A DNA stretch of 36,477 nt from a virus (IMGVR_UViG_3300032247_000480:1-36477), one strand, 5' to 3'; counted from the first letter of the stretch, positions 26,065 through 35,718 are shown. Made by a program: numbers and translations. Notes: generated by a model not told the origin, from the sequence alone.

Positions 26065-26814
26065 TTAATATGTATTAATATTTTTTATTTGCCCACCAAA
26101 CCTAATCCTATTTCCTTGTTTTGGCTGCAATAGCGGCAATGCTGGTGTAATCTCACCCGTTGCACACATCTTCAACCAATCAATTGCAGCATCGTAACGC
26201 TTAACTCTTAAATCGGGGATATTACGCGGTGCAATTCTACTATGAACGTGGAATAGTGCAATGTCAATTAAATACATTACCATTTGGGCATCTCTTGTGT
26301 CCGCTTGTTGCCAATAAGTTGTGTTTGTTATTGCCGTTCCTGTTGGTACTGAATAAGGAACACCAACACCCCAATATTCTACACCATTAACAATGTTATC
26401 GGGTTGCACATTTGGATAAGGTAAGTTTTCGTATGTTCTATATTGTAGCCCTGTTTCGTGGTCAATTATTGGCGTTTGAATTTTGCAAGTGTATGTTTTA
26501 TCCTTCCAAAATACTTGATCACCTATATTGTAAAGTCCTTGAAAATCAAATTGAGGATGTGGGTAAATGGCATTGTAAATATTATTGCTATTTGTAACCC
26601 TTGCACCAGCTTTATAGCTATTAGTATCTGCCCACGCTGTTGTGGGTTGAAACTCAAAATCTAAATTATATTTTTGCCTCAAATAGCTTTTACATTCAGC
26701 TTCAGCGGCTAATATTGCAGCATCTAAAATAGTGCTATCATTGCTTATAATCTGCTGCAAATTTGCATCTTGGATAGTTTTATTAAAATCTGATTGTATG
26801 AGATAAGTTGACAT
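26065..26814 (-). CDS. Head-tail adaptor (Mu gp36/DUF1320-like) with inserted carbohydrate-binding-like modules
   Basis: AEAECKSYLRQKY...DIALFHV...RYDAAIDWLK core, interrupted by about 110 aa with Y-x-x-G-x-x-V repeats. Confidence 0.8.
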   Translation of the reverse strand: MSTYLIQSDFNKTIQDANLQQIISNDSTILDAAILAAEAECKSYLRQKYNLDFEFQPTTAWADTNSYKAGARVTNSNNIYNAIYPHPQFDFQGLYNIGDQVFWKDKTYTCKIQTPIIDHETGLQYRTYENLPYPNVQPDNIVNGVEYWGVGVPYSVPTGTAITNTTYWQQADTRDAQMVMYLIDIALFHVHSRIAPRNIPDLRVKRYDAAIDWLKMCATGEITPALPLLQPKQGNRIRFGGQIKNINTY

Positions 26815-28205
26815 TAATAACTATTTTTTGAATGTTTATTTTTTCCAAAAGTAAATGAATTTTGAATATCACCACGCTGATAGTTTACAAATTCATTTGC
26901 AAAGGCTGTGCACATCAAGTAATCGAACAAATCTGTAAAGTGGCCCACCTTTTGAAATCGCACCTTATTTGCGTTCGTTTCCATTTCTTTATTCTTAGTG
27001 CCGTCCGCAGCTTCTTTGGTGTTTATAAAGTCGTTAATCGTTTTTTTACAATTATCACTAATGATTATTTTAATACCTCCCAACTCTTTTTCCAGCACTG
27101 TATTAAGCCACATTCCCCTCATTGCAACACTTGGGTTACTCTTGCTTATTCTCATTGAGGGTTTATATTCTTTTAATTCATCTTGTATCAATCGAAAGAA
27201 ATTGTAACCCTTTTCAAGTTTAGTATCTTCTTTTTGGGCGGTTGCATCACCATACACAAATAACCCTGCTGTATGTGCTAGATATTTACGCTTAAATTCA
27301 TTGCAAACGGCTTTGATAGTGTTGTTGGGGTTTTCGCCTGCAATCTCATCAATCATTCTAACATCTTTCCCTTGAATCTGAAACACGCCACAAGGTAAAT
27401 AAGGGTTTACGTTATCGTCCCAGCTAATATGTAATGGTAGTTCTGGGTTGTAGATAGTTTTGCCCACGTGTTTATCCAATTCAAAACATTTATAAAACTC
27501 GCCCCCTGTTTTTAAACTCACATCCCAATTTCCTTCGACAAAAACTTCATATTGGTAACGTGGCAGCATTTTAAGGCTTTCAAAATATTCTTTGGGAATG
27601 TATGGGTTGTCAAAAATCTTTGCAGGAACGTAAGCCATACCATCTTTTAACGAGTCATTAACCCACTTATTATAAAAGTTTTCTTTTAACCAATTTTGGC
27701 AAGGGTTGGCACTCATCAATATTTTACTTGGACAACCTGGAGAATGAAACCAGCTCCCAGCCCTTTCAATAACTTTGTTAAATGTATTTTCTTGCAGTTC
27801 GTTTGCTTCGTCTAAAAACGCTCCATTAATTTCAAGCCCACGAAACCTGTTTAATTCCTTATCTGTGTCGTAACTTTCAGCCATTATAATTATTTGGCTG
27901 CCGTTCGTCCACGTTAAAGTAAACGTTTGTTGGTCAAATGACTTAACATAAGGTTGAAATCCATCCGCAATAATCTTATTAAGTGTAGGTAGTAAGTTAC
28001 GTTTAATCGTTGGTAGATTTTCACGCAATATCAGCCAGCGTGACTTAGGATATTTGAAACAGTATGTAATTAATGCAAGGCAACCCCAATAGGACTTGCC
28101 CCCTCTGATAGCTCCGCCGTAAAGTGTAATGAAGTTTTTATCGGCAATACTATAAGCCTCACGTTGTTTCGGTGTCGGTGTTATTATATTCGCCTGTCCA
28201 ATCAA
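26814..28205 (-). CDS. terL: Terminase large subunit
   Basis: Walker A YGGAIRGGKS, Walker B AFLDEA, motif III SANP; C-terminal nuclease domain (SWDDN, YGDATA, HFTDLFDY). Confidence 0.95.
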   Translation of the reverse strand: MIGQANIITPTPKQREAYSIADKNFITLYGGAIRGGKSYWGCLALITYCFKYPKSRWLILRENLPTIKRNLLPTLNKIIADGFQPYVKSFDQQTFTLTWTNGSQIIIMAESYDTDKELNRFRGLEINGAFLDEANELQENTFNKVIERAGSWFHSPGCPSKILMSANPCQNWLKENFYNKWVNDSLKDGMAYVPAKIFDNPYIPKEYFESLKMLPRYQYEVFVEGNWDVSLKTGGEFYKCFELDKHVGKTIYNPELPLHISWDDNVNPYLPCGVFQIQGKDVRMIDEIAGENPNNTIKAVCNEFKRKYLAHTAGLFVYGDATAQKEDTKLEKGYNFFRLIQDELKEYKPSMRISKSNPSVAMRGMWLNTVLEKELGGIKIIISDNCKKTINDFINTKEAADGTKNKEMETNANKVRFQKVGHFTDLFDYLMCTAFANEFVNYQRGDIQNSFTFGKNKHSKNSY

Positions 28206-28665
28206 TGATTATAGGTTTAGATACTGTTAATTCAGTTTGTTGTTTTGTTGGTGCGTAGCTTCCATCCATTTTATTCAATTCAGCAATTGCTTTAATCCTG
28301 TCGTTGTGGTCGGGCTCACTTGGATATTCCATTATTTTACCTGCAATAACAAATGGCTTTTTAATCTTTATTTTGCCATCCATTATTTGCGATAAAAGTT
28401 CCATTCTTTCGGCAAGTGATTTTATGCCGTTTTTAGCCGTTTCTGCGATAGCTTCTATTGTTGCTGCCTCTACTATTGCTGCTGCTTTATTCTTTTCCGT
28501 TTCAATTTCCTTGGCGTATTTCTTAGCTAATTTACTTGCTTTACTCTTAACAGATGCTATGGTTGCCCCTTGGTTGCCCACGGTTGCCCTATACGCTTGT
28601 GCTTGGGGTTGCCCTGCTGCAACTTGCTTTATAAATTCAATATGTTTGGCTGGTATATTAGGCAT
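28159..28665 (-). CDS. terS: Terminase small subunit
   Basis: QAYR N-terminal HTH; DRIKAIAELNKMDGSYAPTK; immediately upstream of TerL. Confidence 0.85.
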   Translation of the reverse strand: MPNIPAKHIEFIKQVAAGQPQAQAYRATVGNQGATIASVKSKASKLAKKYAKEIETEKNKAAAIVEAATIEAIAETAKNGIKSLAERMELLSQIMDGKIKIKKPFVIAGKIMEYPSEPDHNDRIKAIAELNKMDGSYAPTKQQTELTVSKPIIIDWTGEYNNTDTETT

Positions 28666-29356
28666 TGTATATTAATTTTTTAATCCCTTCCAACCCTTTC
28701 TGAAATACAACTGTTTTGAAACTAATATGAGTTTCCCCTCTTTTATCTTGCCATTTCGTTTCAACTACTCTAAACCAGCCCATATCACAATATTTCTGAT
28801 AAGGAGTATTATTTGCCATTAGCACATTCGATTTTCTTAACCTTTCAAATAAAGTTGTTCTACCAAATCCAAGATTAAGAACCTTTGCGGCTGTTCCAAT
28901 ATCTACACAATCATTACTTTGAATAACGGCATCGTAAAAATCAATTTTCGGCTTTGCTTCATTCAGTTTTATTTGTGCTTGTTCCAGTTCTAAAGCTATT
29001 CTGCCAGCTTCAAGTAATGCTTCAGCGTAAGACTTTGGAACCTGGGCATGTTTAAGTTGTTTTTCGCACTCAATAAAATATTTTCTAATTTCCTCGCCTA
29101 CATTGGTTCTTGCCATCATTGCAATTCTTTTGGCAAATGGAATAGAAATGGCATAATCTTTTGTTTCATTACCGTTCGTACTTACTACGAACCCCACCCA
29201 ATCTTCATTTTCTAAAGCAAACTCATTTTCTACAATATTTTTTCTGTTCCAAGAAGCCCAATTAGATTTATCAAAACCAAGTTTTAAATACAATTCTTTT
29301 GCACTTACAACTTGTTGCTGGTTCTCATTTATTTTAATCTTAATTAATTCTTGCAT
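28658..29356 (-). CDS. Phage antirepressor (AntA/AntB N-terminus plus KilA-C domain)
   Basis: VSAKELY...AKRIAMM...IRKYFIECEK, PKSYAEAL, and KPKIDFYD...PYQKY...VFQKG. Confidence 0.9.
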   Translation of the reverse strand: MQELIKIKINENQQQVVSAKELYLKLGFDKSNWASWNRKNIVENEFALENEDWVGFVVSTNGNETKDYAISIPFAKRIAMMARTNVGEEIRKYFIECEKQLKHAQVPKSYAEALLEAGRIALELEQAQIKLNEAKPKIDFYDAVIQSNDCVDIGTAAKVLNLGFGRTTLFERLRKSNVLMANNTPYQKYCDMGWFRVVETKWQDKRGETHISFKTVVFQKGLEGIKKLIYNA

Positions 29357-29362
29357 AAAATA

Positions 29363-29683
29363 TTACTTATAATTTATAATTGAATGGTTTATAATATCTT
29401 CGATACATCTACACTCAATACCAACGCCACCAGCTTTATTTACATACTCCAAAAACAACTTTTGCTCTGGGCTTAATTTATCCCGACCTACTTTAATTTC
29501 AACAGCTATAAATCTTCCATCTTTTTTATTAAACCCGATTATATCGGGAACGCCAACCCTTCCAATAAACGCCCGACCTTTAACGGCTAAATTATTATTC
29601 CGCCACACTACCCAACCATTTAATTTAAGAACTGTTAATGCTTGCTGTGTTAAGGTATTTGCCGTTATTTTATTTGCTAACAT
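29363..29683 (-). CDS. VRR-NUC domain nuclease
   Basis: GVPDIIG...IAVEIKVGRDKLSPEQKLFL. Confidence 0.9.
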   Translation of the reverse strand: MLANKITANTLTQQALTVLKLNGWVVWRNNNLAVKGRAFIGRVGVPDIIGFNKKDGRFIAVEIKVGRDKLSPEQKLFLEYVNKAGGVGIECRCIEDIINHSIINYK

Positions 29684-29689
29684 TTACGG

Positions 29690-29735
29690 CAAATATATAA
29701 TTAATTTTTTTATTTCAAATAAAACACTATTTTTG
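29690..29735. promoter_or_regulatory. Divergent Bacteroidota-type promoters at the late/early arm boundary
   Basis: TATATTTG on the minus strand (29690-29697) and TATTTTTG on the plus strand (29728-29735). Confidence 0.55.
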
Positions 29736-29771
29736 CCAAATATTTATTTACAACAATTAAAAATAAAACAA

Positions 29772-30902
29772 ATGGAATTAGAAATTTTAAAAGAAACTAT
29801 CTTTATGTATATAGAAGATAAATCTTTAAAAGAAAAAGTTGATATAATCAACGAAATTAGAGAATATATACATAATTTAAGCCCATTTAAAAATGAGCCT
29901 GTTGATTATGTTAAATGGGTTTTAAGTAGTGATGTTATTGCAAATGACTACAATCCAAACAAAGTTGCTCCGCCTGAAATGGAGTTGTTAGAAATATCTA
30001 TTATGAACGATGGATATACTCAACCCGTTGTAACATTTCCAAATGATGGCAAAATTGAAGTTGTTGACGGATTTCATAGAACAAGGGTAAGTAAAGAATC
30101 TAAAATTGTTCGTGAGCGTGTTATGGGATATACTCCTACTGTAATAATAAGGAAAGAGCAAAGCAATAAAAACGATAGAATTGCATCAACTATTAGGCAT
30201 AACAGAGCCAGAGGCAAACATCAAGTTGATGCAATGAGTGAAATTATTTTAGAATTAAAAAATCGTAATTGGAAAAACGAAAGAATTGCAAGAGAGTTAG
30301 GAATGGATGAAGAAGAAATTTTGCGTTTATGCCAAATTACAGGTTTGCAAGATATTTTTAAAGATGATGATTTTAGCAAATCTTGGGAGGCTTCGGATTC
30401 TATTGCTGATTATATACCTCTTACAGACGAATTGACGGACGAAGAAGTTGAGCATTATAGAACAGTAAACACAAATGATCCTGAAAGAATATTTCACACA
30501 TTTGAAAAATGGGAATGTCATAAAGCTGGCTTTTATGCAAGCAAAAAAGAAGGAATGACAGCCGAACAATGTGAAAAAGAGTATGCAACCTATTTGTCTG
30601 ACGAACATAGATTTAAAGAGGGCTTGAGTGGCGTTATTTCTGAATGGAAAAATAGTTGCGAACATTATCTAACGAATAAAGCTATGAATAGAATAGCTTG
30701 GCTAGGGCAGGCTGCAATGTGTTATTCAACAGGAATCCCATCTAAGTTTTGTGCAGGGTTTAATTTGCTTACAGCAGATCAGCAAGACAAGGCAAATCTA
30801 ATTGCATTAGAAGCATTGAATTATTGGATGAAGCAAAATAACAGAAATGAGGTATCTATTGAAGATGCTTTATCTATTGGCAGACAAGTAAATATTTATT
30901 AA
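29772..30902 (+). CDS. ibrB: IbrB/YbdM-like ParB/Srx protein with a fused C-terminal domain
   Basis: SPFKNEPVD...ANDYNPNKVAPPEMELL...DGYTQP...VVDGFHR...ASTIRHNRARGKH; start reassigned to the ATG at 29772. Confidence 0.85.
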   Translation: MELEILKETIFMYIEDKSLKEKVDIINEIREYIHNLSPFKNEPVDYVKWVLSSDVIANDYNPNKVAPPEMELLEISIMNDGYTQPVVTFPNDGKIEVVDGFHRTRVSKESKIVRERVMGYTPTVIIRKEQSNKNDRIASTIRHNRARGKHQVDAMSEIILELKNRNWKNERIARELGMDEEEILRLCQITGLQDIFKDDDFSKSWEASDSIADYIPLTDELTDEEVEHYRTVNTNDPERIFHTFEKWECHKAGFYASKKEGMTAEQCEKEYATYLSDEHRFKEGLSGVISEWKNSCEHYLTNKAMNRIAWLGQAAMCYSTGIPSKFCAGFNLLTADQQDKANLIALEALNYWMKQNNRNEVSIEDALSIGRQVNIY

Positions 30903-30904
30903 TT

Positions 30905-32113
30905 ATGGCAACAAAAATATATAATAATAAAACAGTGTTTCAGGCTAGCACTGAAAGAGTGGCACAAGTATTTGATAATTTTGAACGTATTTACGTTTCA
31001 TTTTCGGGAGGCAAAGATAGTAGCGTTATGTCGCATATTGTTTTATCTGAAGCAAGGAAAAGAGGCAGAAAAGTTGGTTATTTAATAATAGATTTAGAAG
31101 CCCAGTACAATGACACTATATCACATATTAATGAAATGATTAATATGTATAAAGACGTAATTGAATTACATTGGGTTTGTGCTGAATTGTTATTAAGAAA
31201 TGCAGTAAGTAATTATCAACCTCGTTGGATATGTTGGGACGAAGATAAAAAAGATGTTTGGGTAAGACCAAAACCAACATTAGCATCAGATTTAAAACAA
31301 TACGATTTTTATGTGCCTAAAATGGAATTTGAGGAATTTATGGTAATATTTGGCGAATGGTATTCGCAAGGGAAAAATACCGCTGCATTTATTGGCATTC
31401 GTGCAGATGAAAGTTTGCATCGTTATAGAGCTATTGTTAGCAGAAAAGATGGTTTAATGTTTAACAATTGGAAGTGGTCAACAAAAGTATCTGACAAACT
31501 TTACAACATTTACCCAATATATGATTGGAAAACGGAAGATATTTGGGTTTTTCACGGCAAAAACAAACACCTTATTCATAATAAAGTTTATGATAAAATG
31601 ATGATGGCAGGAGTTAAGTTAAGCCAACAACGGCTTTGCCAACCTTACGGAGATGATCAAAGAAAAGGGTTATGGTTATATCACATTTTAGAGCCTGAAA
31701 CTTGGTACAAATTAATAGCCAGGGTTAATGGTGTCAATAGTGGTGCTTTATATGTGCAAGAAAATGGAAATGTATCGGGATATAATAAAATATTTAAACC
31801 AGAAGGTCATACTTGGCAAACATTCTGCAATCTTTTACTTTCAACAATGCCACAAAAAACAGGGTTGCATTATAGAGAAAGATTTAAGAAATTTATTAAA
31901 GGTTGGCAAGATAGAGGATACTTAATTATTCCAGATGAAGCCCCTGAAGATTTAGAAAGTAAGTGTTGGGTTCCATCTTGGCGTAGAATGTGTAAAGTTA
32001 TGTTAAGGAATGACTATTGGTGCAAGGGATTAGGACAAACACAACCATTGTCAGATGCTTACCAACAATTTAAAGAAATTAAATCAAAAAGAAAAATAGC
32101 AGCAAATTTATGA
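30905..32113 (+). CDS. ibrA: IbrA/YbdN-like PAPS-reductase-family (PP-loop) protein with a DUF3440-like C-terminus
   Basis: SFSGGKDS, IDLEAQY, GIRADESLHR, YPIYDWKTEDIW, RLCQPYG, PSWRRMCKVMLRNDYWCKGL. Confidence 0.88.
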   Translation: MATKIYNNKTVFQASTERVAQVFDNFERIYVSFSGGKDSSVMSHIVLSEARKRGRKVGYLIIDLEAQYNDTISHINEMINMYKDVIELHWVCAELLLRNAVSNYQPRWICWDEDKKDVWVRPKPTLASDLKQYDFYVPKMEFEEFMVIFGEWYSQGKNTAAFIGIRADESLHRYRAIVSRKDGLMFNNWKWSTKVSDKLYNIYPIYDWKTEDIWVFHGKNKHLIHNKVYDKMMMAGVKLSQQRLCQPYGDDQRKGLWLYHILEPETWYKLIARVNGVNSGALYVQENGNVSGYNKIFKPEGHTWQTFCNLLLSTMPQKTGLHYRERFKKFIKGWQDRGYLIIPDEAPEDLESKCWVPSWRRMCKVMLRNDYWCKGLGQTQPLSDAYQQFKEIKSKRKIAANL

Positions 32114-32628
32114 GAAAGCCAACAGTAACAGAATTAGTAGGAATGCTTGATAAGCCAGCACTTTTAAAATGGGCAAACAAAATAGGTTTGCAAGGTATAA
32201 GTCTTGAAGATTATAGAAAGAAATTAACTACCGCTGGAACATCTTTGCACCAGCAAATACAAGATTATTTTTTATACAAAAAACCTTTTGAAAGTATTGA
32301 TGTTCAAAATAGGTTTAACAAATTATTTTCAGATAAAGAAATAATTGACATAGAGCAAAATATTAATACAGACTGGTTTTATGGTAGGTATGATATCAAG
32401 TTTAAGTTTGGGAATGATTTATTTATTGGGGATTTTAAAAGCAATAACAATATTTACCTAGAACAAAAACTTCAATTAACAGCATATAGAATGGCAAATC
32501 CAGAATGCAAAATTGCAGTAATAGAAATCCCGTCATTTACATTTAAGCCTATCGAAATTGATTTTAAAAAGTGCGAGTTAATACTAAAGTGTTTGCACAA
32601 AATTTGGGAATTAAAGCAATACATATAA
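32110..32628 (+). CDS. PD-(D/E)XK nuclease (phage exonuclease/Cas4-like)
   Basis: KPALLKWA, GTSLH, E...GRYD...IGDFKS...QLTAY. Confidence 0.8.
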   Translation: MRKPTVTELVGMLDKPALLKWANKIGLQGISLEDYRKKLTTAGTSLHQQIQDYFLYKKPFESIDVQNRFNKLFSDKEIIDIEQNINTDWFYGRYDIKFKFGNDLFIGDFKSNNNIYLEQKLQLTAYRMANPECKIAVIEIPSFTFKPIEIDFKKCELILKCLHKIWELKQYI

Positions 32629-32666
32629 AAAACACATACATTTGCTAAATAAATAAATATTATTAT

Positions 32667-32864
32667 ATGTTAACTGAAATTAAAAGAGTAGGAAGGAAAA
32701 CAAACGAATCAAAGGGAATTTCTAAAAAATTTACTACTACTACAGTCGTGCTGCCAGAACACAAAAAAGTAATAATAAATGCTTACGGGTCTATGGCAAA
32801 TGGGATTGAAACATTGGCAAAACTTACCGCTTGTAATGATAATTTACCGCTCATCACAAAATAG
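32667..32864 (+). CDS. Small basic hypothetical protein, possibly DNA binding
   Basis: KRVGRK motif; TACATTTG box upstream at 32637-32644. Confidence 0.6.
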   Translation: MLTEIKRVGRKTNESKGISKKFTTTTVVLPEHKKVIINAYGSMANGIETLAKLTACNDNLPLITK

Positions 32865-32933
32865 TGGCTGAATGGAAAATATATTTGGGTGGTAATTATA
32901 CCAAATATATATTTACATAAATTAATTATTAAT

Positions 32934-33191
32934 ATGTCAGTAACTAAATATCAAGAAGTAAGAAAACTAATCTATGACAGAAAGGCTTTAATTAATCAAC
33001 TAGCCGAGTTGGTTCAAGACGATTGCAATAACATTAGTTTTTTCTCACACGACAAGAAATACATAATCGATGAATTTGAGAGCAAACAAGACAAATACAA
33101 CGAGCTACTCCTCGAATTAAAATGCACACACAATAACCCTATTCAAAGCAATGCGATTGATTTAGGCGAAGTAAAAGCAAATAATAATTAA
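32934..33191 (+). CDS. Hypothetical protein
   Basis: ORF 32889..33191 with a likely ATG at 32934. Confidence 0.65.
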   Translation: MSVTKYQEVRKLIYDRKALINQLAELVQDDCNNISFFSHDKKYIIDEFESKQDKYNELLLELKCTHNNPIQSNAIDLGEVKANNN

Positions 33192-33211
33192 CCCATATAA
33201 AACCCCCTATT

Positions 33212-33400
33212 ATGTTTGTAACAGTATTTAAAACCCAAAGAGAAACGATACAAATTTTAGTACCTCCAGCATTCACTAAAGAAAGTTTTAGAAACAGCCA
33301 GCTTGAACAATATGGCGAATTAGCTGTTAAAGCATTGAGTAAAGAAGCCAGAGATTTTGCTAAACAACAATACAATCTTATTAACCCATTAAATAATTAA
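33212..33400 (+). CDS. Hypothetical protein
   Basis: Co-oriented small ORF. Confidence 0.6.
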   Translation: MFVTVFKTQRETIQILVPPAFTKESFRNSQLEQYGELAVKALSKEARDFAKQQYNLINPLNN

Positions 33401-33402
33401 TC

Positions 33403-33546
33403 ATGCAAAATTGGACTACAGATTTAACGGTGTTAATAATGCCGGCAATAGCTTTAACAATTGGATGGTGGGGAAATTTTATGCGTGAGTTTGCATTATA
33501 TAGCTGGGGCGATGAAGATTTAGGAACAACTGAACAAGATTTTTAA
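33403..33546 (+). CDS. 47-aa putative membrane peptide (not in the ORF track)
   Basis: MQNWTTDLTVLIMPAIALTIGWWGNFMREFALYSWGDEDLGTTEQDF; starts 2 nt after the previous stop. Confidence 0.5.
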   Translation: MQNWTTDLTVLIMPAIALTIGWWGNFMREFALYSWGDEDLGTTEQDF

Positions 33547-33654
33547 AATAGGTTCTCATAACAGATGATAGGGTTAAAGCCTCGTGCTTGTCTAAGTGTC
33601 GGAGGCGGTTATTAACAAAGTTCTTTTCATTATGATAACGGCTGACAAGCTATG

Positions 33655-33687
33655 GCAACTCTGATTGAAAAGTTGGAGTTGCTTTTT
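33655..33687 (+). terminator. Intrinsic terminator
   Basis: GCAACTCTGATT-GAAA-AGTTGGAGTTGC followed by TTTTT. Confidence 0.65.
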
Positions 33688-33695
33688 AAAACAAG

Positions 33696-33842
33696 ATGAA
33701 AAAAGTATTACAAATATTTATTAGATGTCTTAACTGTCGCTGTCTTAGCAATGCGAATTACACGACAAAAGACACAATAGCGGTAACAGATTGCAGGAAT
33801 TGCGGAACGAAATTAAAACAAACGGTAAATGGAAGAACATAG
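33696..33842 (+). CDS. 48-aa zinc-ribbon protein (not in the ORF track)
   Basis: MKKVLQIFIRCLNC...DCRNCGTKL has two CxxC pairs. Confidence 0.55.
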   Translation: MKKVLQIFIRCLNCRCLSNANYTTKDTIAVTDCRNCGTKLKQTVNGRT

Positions 33843-34011
33843 ATTATTGAGGGTATGTAGAAAATGCGGCAATGAAAAAGATTTGCTTGATCATTTTCAT
33901 AAATGCCCAAAGAACGAACAGCGTAGAAAAACAATTTGCAAGGCTTGTGCAAAACAATATACAGATAACAGAATTGCAAGATTAGAATTTGAACGAAATC
34001 AATTTTTTTAA
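33829..34011 (+). CDS. Small zinc-finger protein
   Basis: CRKCGNEK...F...CKAC. Confidence 0.65.
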   Translation: MEEHRLLRVCRKCGNEKDLLDHFHKCPKNEQRRKTICKACAKQYTDNRIARLEFERNQFF

Positions 34012-34012
34012 A

Positions 34013-34279
34013 ATGACAACAGAAACTAAACAACAAATAATTCACGAGCTTTTAAAAGTAGATAGTGAATCAGTATGGGGTGTTGTTATTACAAATTTTA
34101 TTGACGGCAATAATAACAAATCTGATAGTGATTACAACAATTTAATGAAGGAATTGAAGGAGGCCATGTCAGATAATCCAAAGGTGATGAAAGATATTTT
34201 AGGCGAATCATTCGATTACGTTAAAGAGTTTCAGTTGCCAACAGCATTTTCACCAAGAGAAGATGAAGGAATAGAATAA
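34013..34279 (+). CDS. Hypothetical protein
   Basis: ORF 33989..34279 with a likely ATG at 34013. Confidence 0.65.
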   Translation: MTTETKQQIIHELLKVDSESVWGVVITNFIDGNNNKSDSDYNNLMKELKEAMSDNPKVMKDILGESFDYVKEFQLPTAFSPREDEGIE

Positions 34280-34306
34280 ATTTTATAAAATAATAAACAA
34301 AAAGTT

Positions 34307-35032
34307 ATGAGTACCGAATTAGTCAAGCTAGATTTTTCAAAAGAACAGATTGAATTAATCAAATCACAAATTGCACCAAAAGCAACAAATGATGAATTAA
34401 AGCTATTTATCTACCAAGCCAAAAGAACAGGCCTTGACCCTTTAGCAAGACAGATTTATGCCATACACCGCAAGTCTGGCAATGTAGAAAAAATGACTAT
34501 TCAAACTTCGATTGATGGGTTTAGAGTTATTGCTGAAAGGTCTGGCGATTACGGCGGACAAGATGAACCAATCTTTATTGAAGATGCTAAAGGTTTACAA
34601 TGTTGCAAGGTTACTGTATATCGTTTTAGAGGTGATATTAGATATGTGGCCGCAGTTGGTGTAGCATATTGGAGTGAATATGTGCAGGCTTATAATGGGC
34701 AACCAAGCGGATTATGGGCAAAGATGCCACACACGATGCTTTCAAAGGTTGCCGAAGCCCTGGCACTTCGAAAAGCATACCCACAAGATTTAAGTGGTTT
34801 ATATACTGCTGATGAAATGGCACAAGCAAACGAACCCACTCAAGAAATTGTAAATGTTGATTATACTGAATTGACAGAATCAATACAAAAATTAAGCAAG
34901 TGTGATAATGTCGAGGAATTGAAGTTGTTAAAAGAAACACTACCTAAGTGGATAATTACCAATGTTGAATTTAAGGCAGCCGCAAAACAAAGATTTGAAC
35001 AAATTAAAACTACTGACAATAAAACAGTTTAA
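34307..35032 (+). CDS. bet: Single-strand annealing protein, Bet/RecT family
   Basis: [43 protein letters not shown]...GLYTADEM. Confidence 0.92.
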   Translation: MSTELVKLDFSKEQIELIKSQIAPKATNDELKLFIYQAKRTGLDPLARQIYAIHRKSGNVEKMTIQTSIDGFRVIAERSGDYGGQDEPIFIEDAKGLQCCKVTVYRFRGDIRYVAAVGVAYWSEYVQAYNGQPSGLWAKMPHTMLSKVAEALALRKAYPQDLSGLYTADEMAQANEPTQEIVNVDYTELTESIQKLSKCDNVEELKLLKETLPKWIITNVEFKAAAKQRFEQIKTTDNKTV

Positions 35033-35069
35033 TATCAAACAATTATTAAAAATTAAAAACAAAAAAAAA

Positions 35070-35591
35070 ATGGAAAATTTAGAATTATCAGCACCAAGTA
35101 TTTTGCAATTATTTGAAACTACTAAGGAGCAACGTACATCATTTGTAAATGATATTATTGAAAAATTAAACGATGGTGTTATTGACCCATTGAAAGTCCA
35201 TTTGCAAGTCAAGTCATTGGAAGATATTATAAACCAATTAACAAACACAACTGAAAAAACAAACAAGAATTTTCAGGCTGCTGTTACTTATAAAAAAATA
35301 TTGTTAGAGGCTTATTCAAATTATGGTGCTGGTAAAGAATTTGAGTTTGCAAATGCAAAATTCCAACAAAAAGAGGTTGGCACTAAATACGATTACAGCG
35401 GTTGCAATGATGCTGTAATAAATGATTTGCTTGTTCAAAAAGCTGCTTTGGACGCTAAGATTAAAGAACGTGAATCTTTTTTAAAAACTATTGCTGCTGC
35501 TGGTTTAGAAACAATAGTAGAAGATGAAGTTGTTACTATTTATCCACCAAGCAAATCAAGCACAACATCTATTGCAGTTACTTTAAAATAG
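35070..35591 (+). CDS. Hypothetical phage protein in the recombination module
   Basis: ORF 34962..35591 with a likely ATG at 35070 after an A run. Confidence 0.75.
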   Translation: MENLELSAPSILQLFETTKEQRTSFVNDIIEKLNDGVIDPLKVHLQVKSLEDIINQLTNTTEKTNKNFQAAVTYKKILLEAYSNYGAGKEFEFANAKFQQKEVGTKYDYSGCNDAVINDLLVQKAALDAKIKERESFLKTIAAAGLETIVEDEVVTIYPPSKSSTTSIAVTLK

Positions 35592-35718
35592 GAAACCATA
35601 CCCCCAATGCTTAATGAAAAAGCTGGTAGAAATGCCGCCAATTTTATTAGCAACCGGCGAAATTATCAACGATACTCAAGTGGTATTGGTTGAGGAAGTA
35701 AAGTAAAAAAACAGCTAA

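Noticed and set aside
29772-30902. Plasmid partition (parABS) system
   Set aside because: The ParB-like domain is of the IbrB type paired with a PAPS-reductase-like gene, and no ParA ATPase was seen.
33547-33695. tRNA gene in the structured intergenic region
   Set aside because: No cloverleaf, T-loop GTTCRA or acceptor stem could be built; only separate hairpins.
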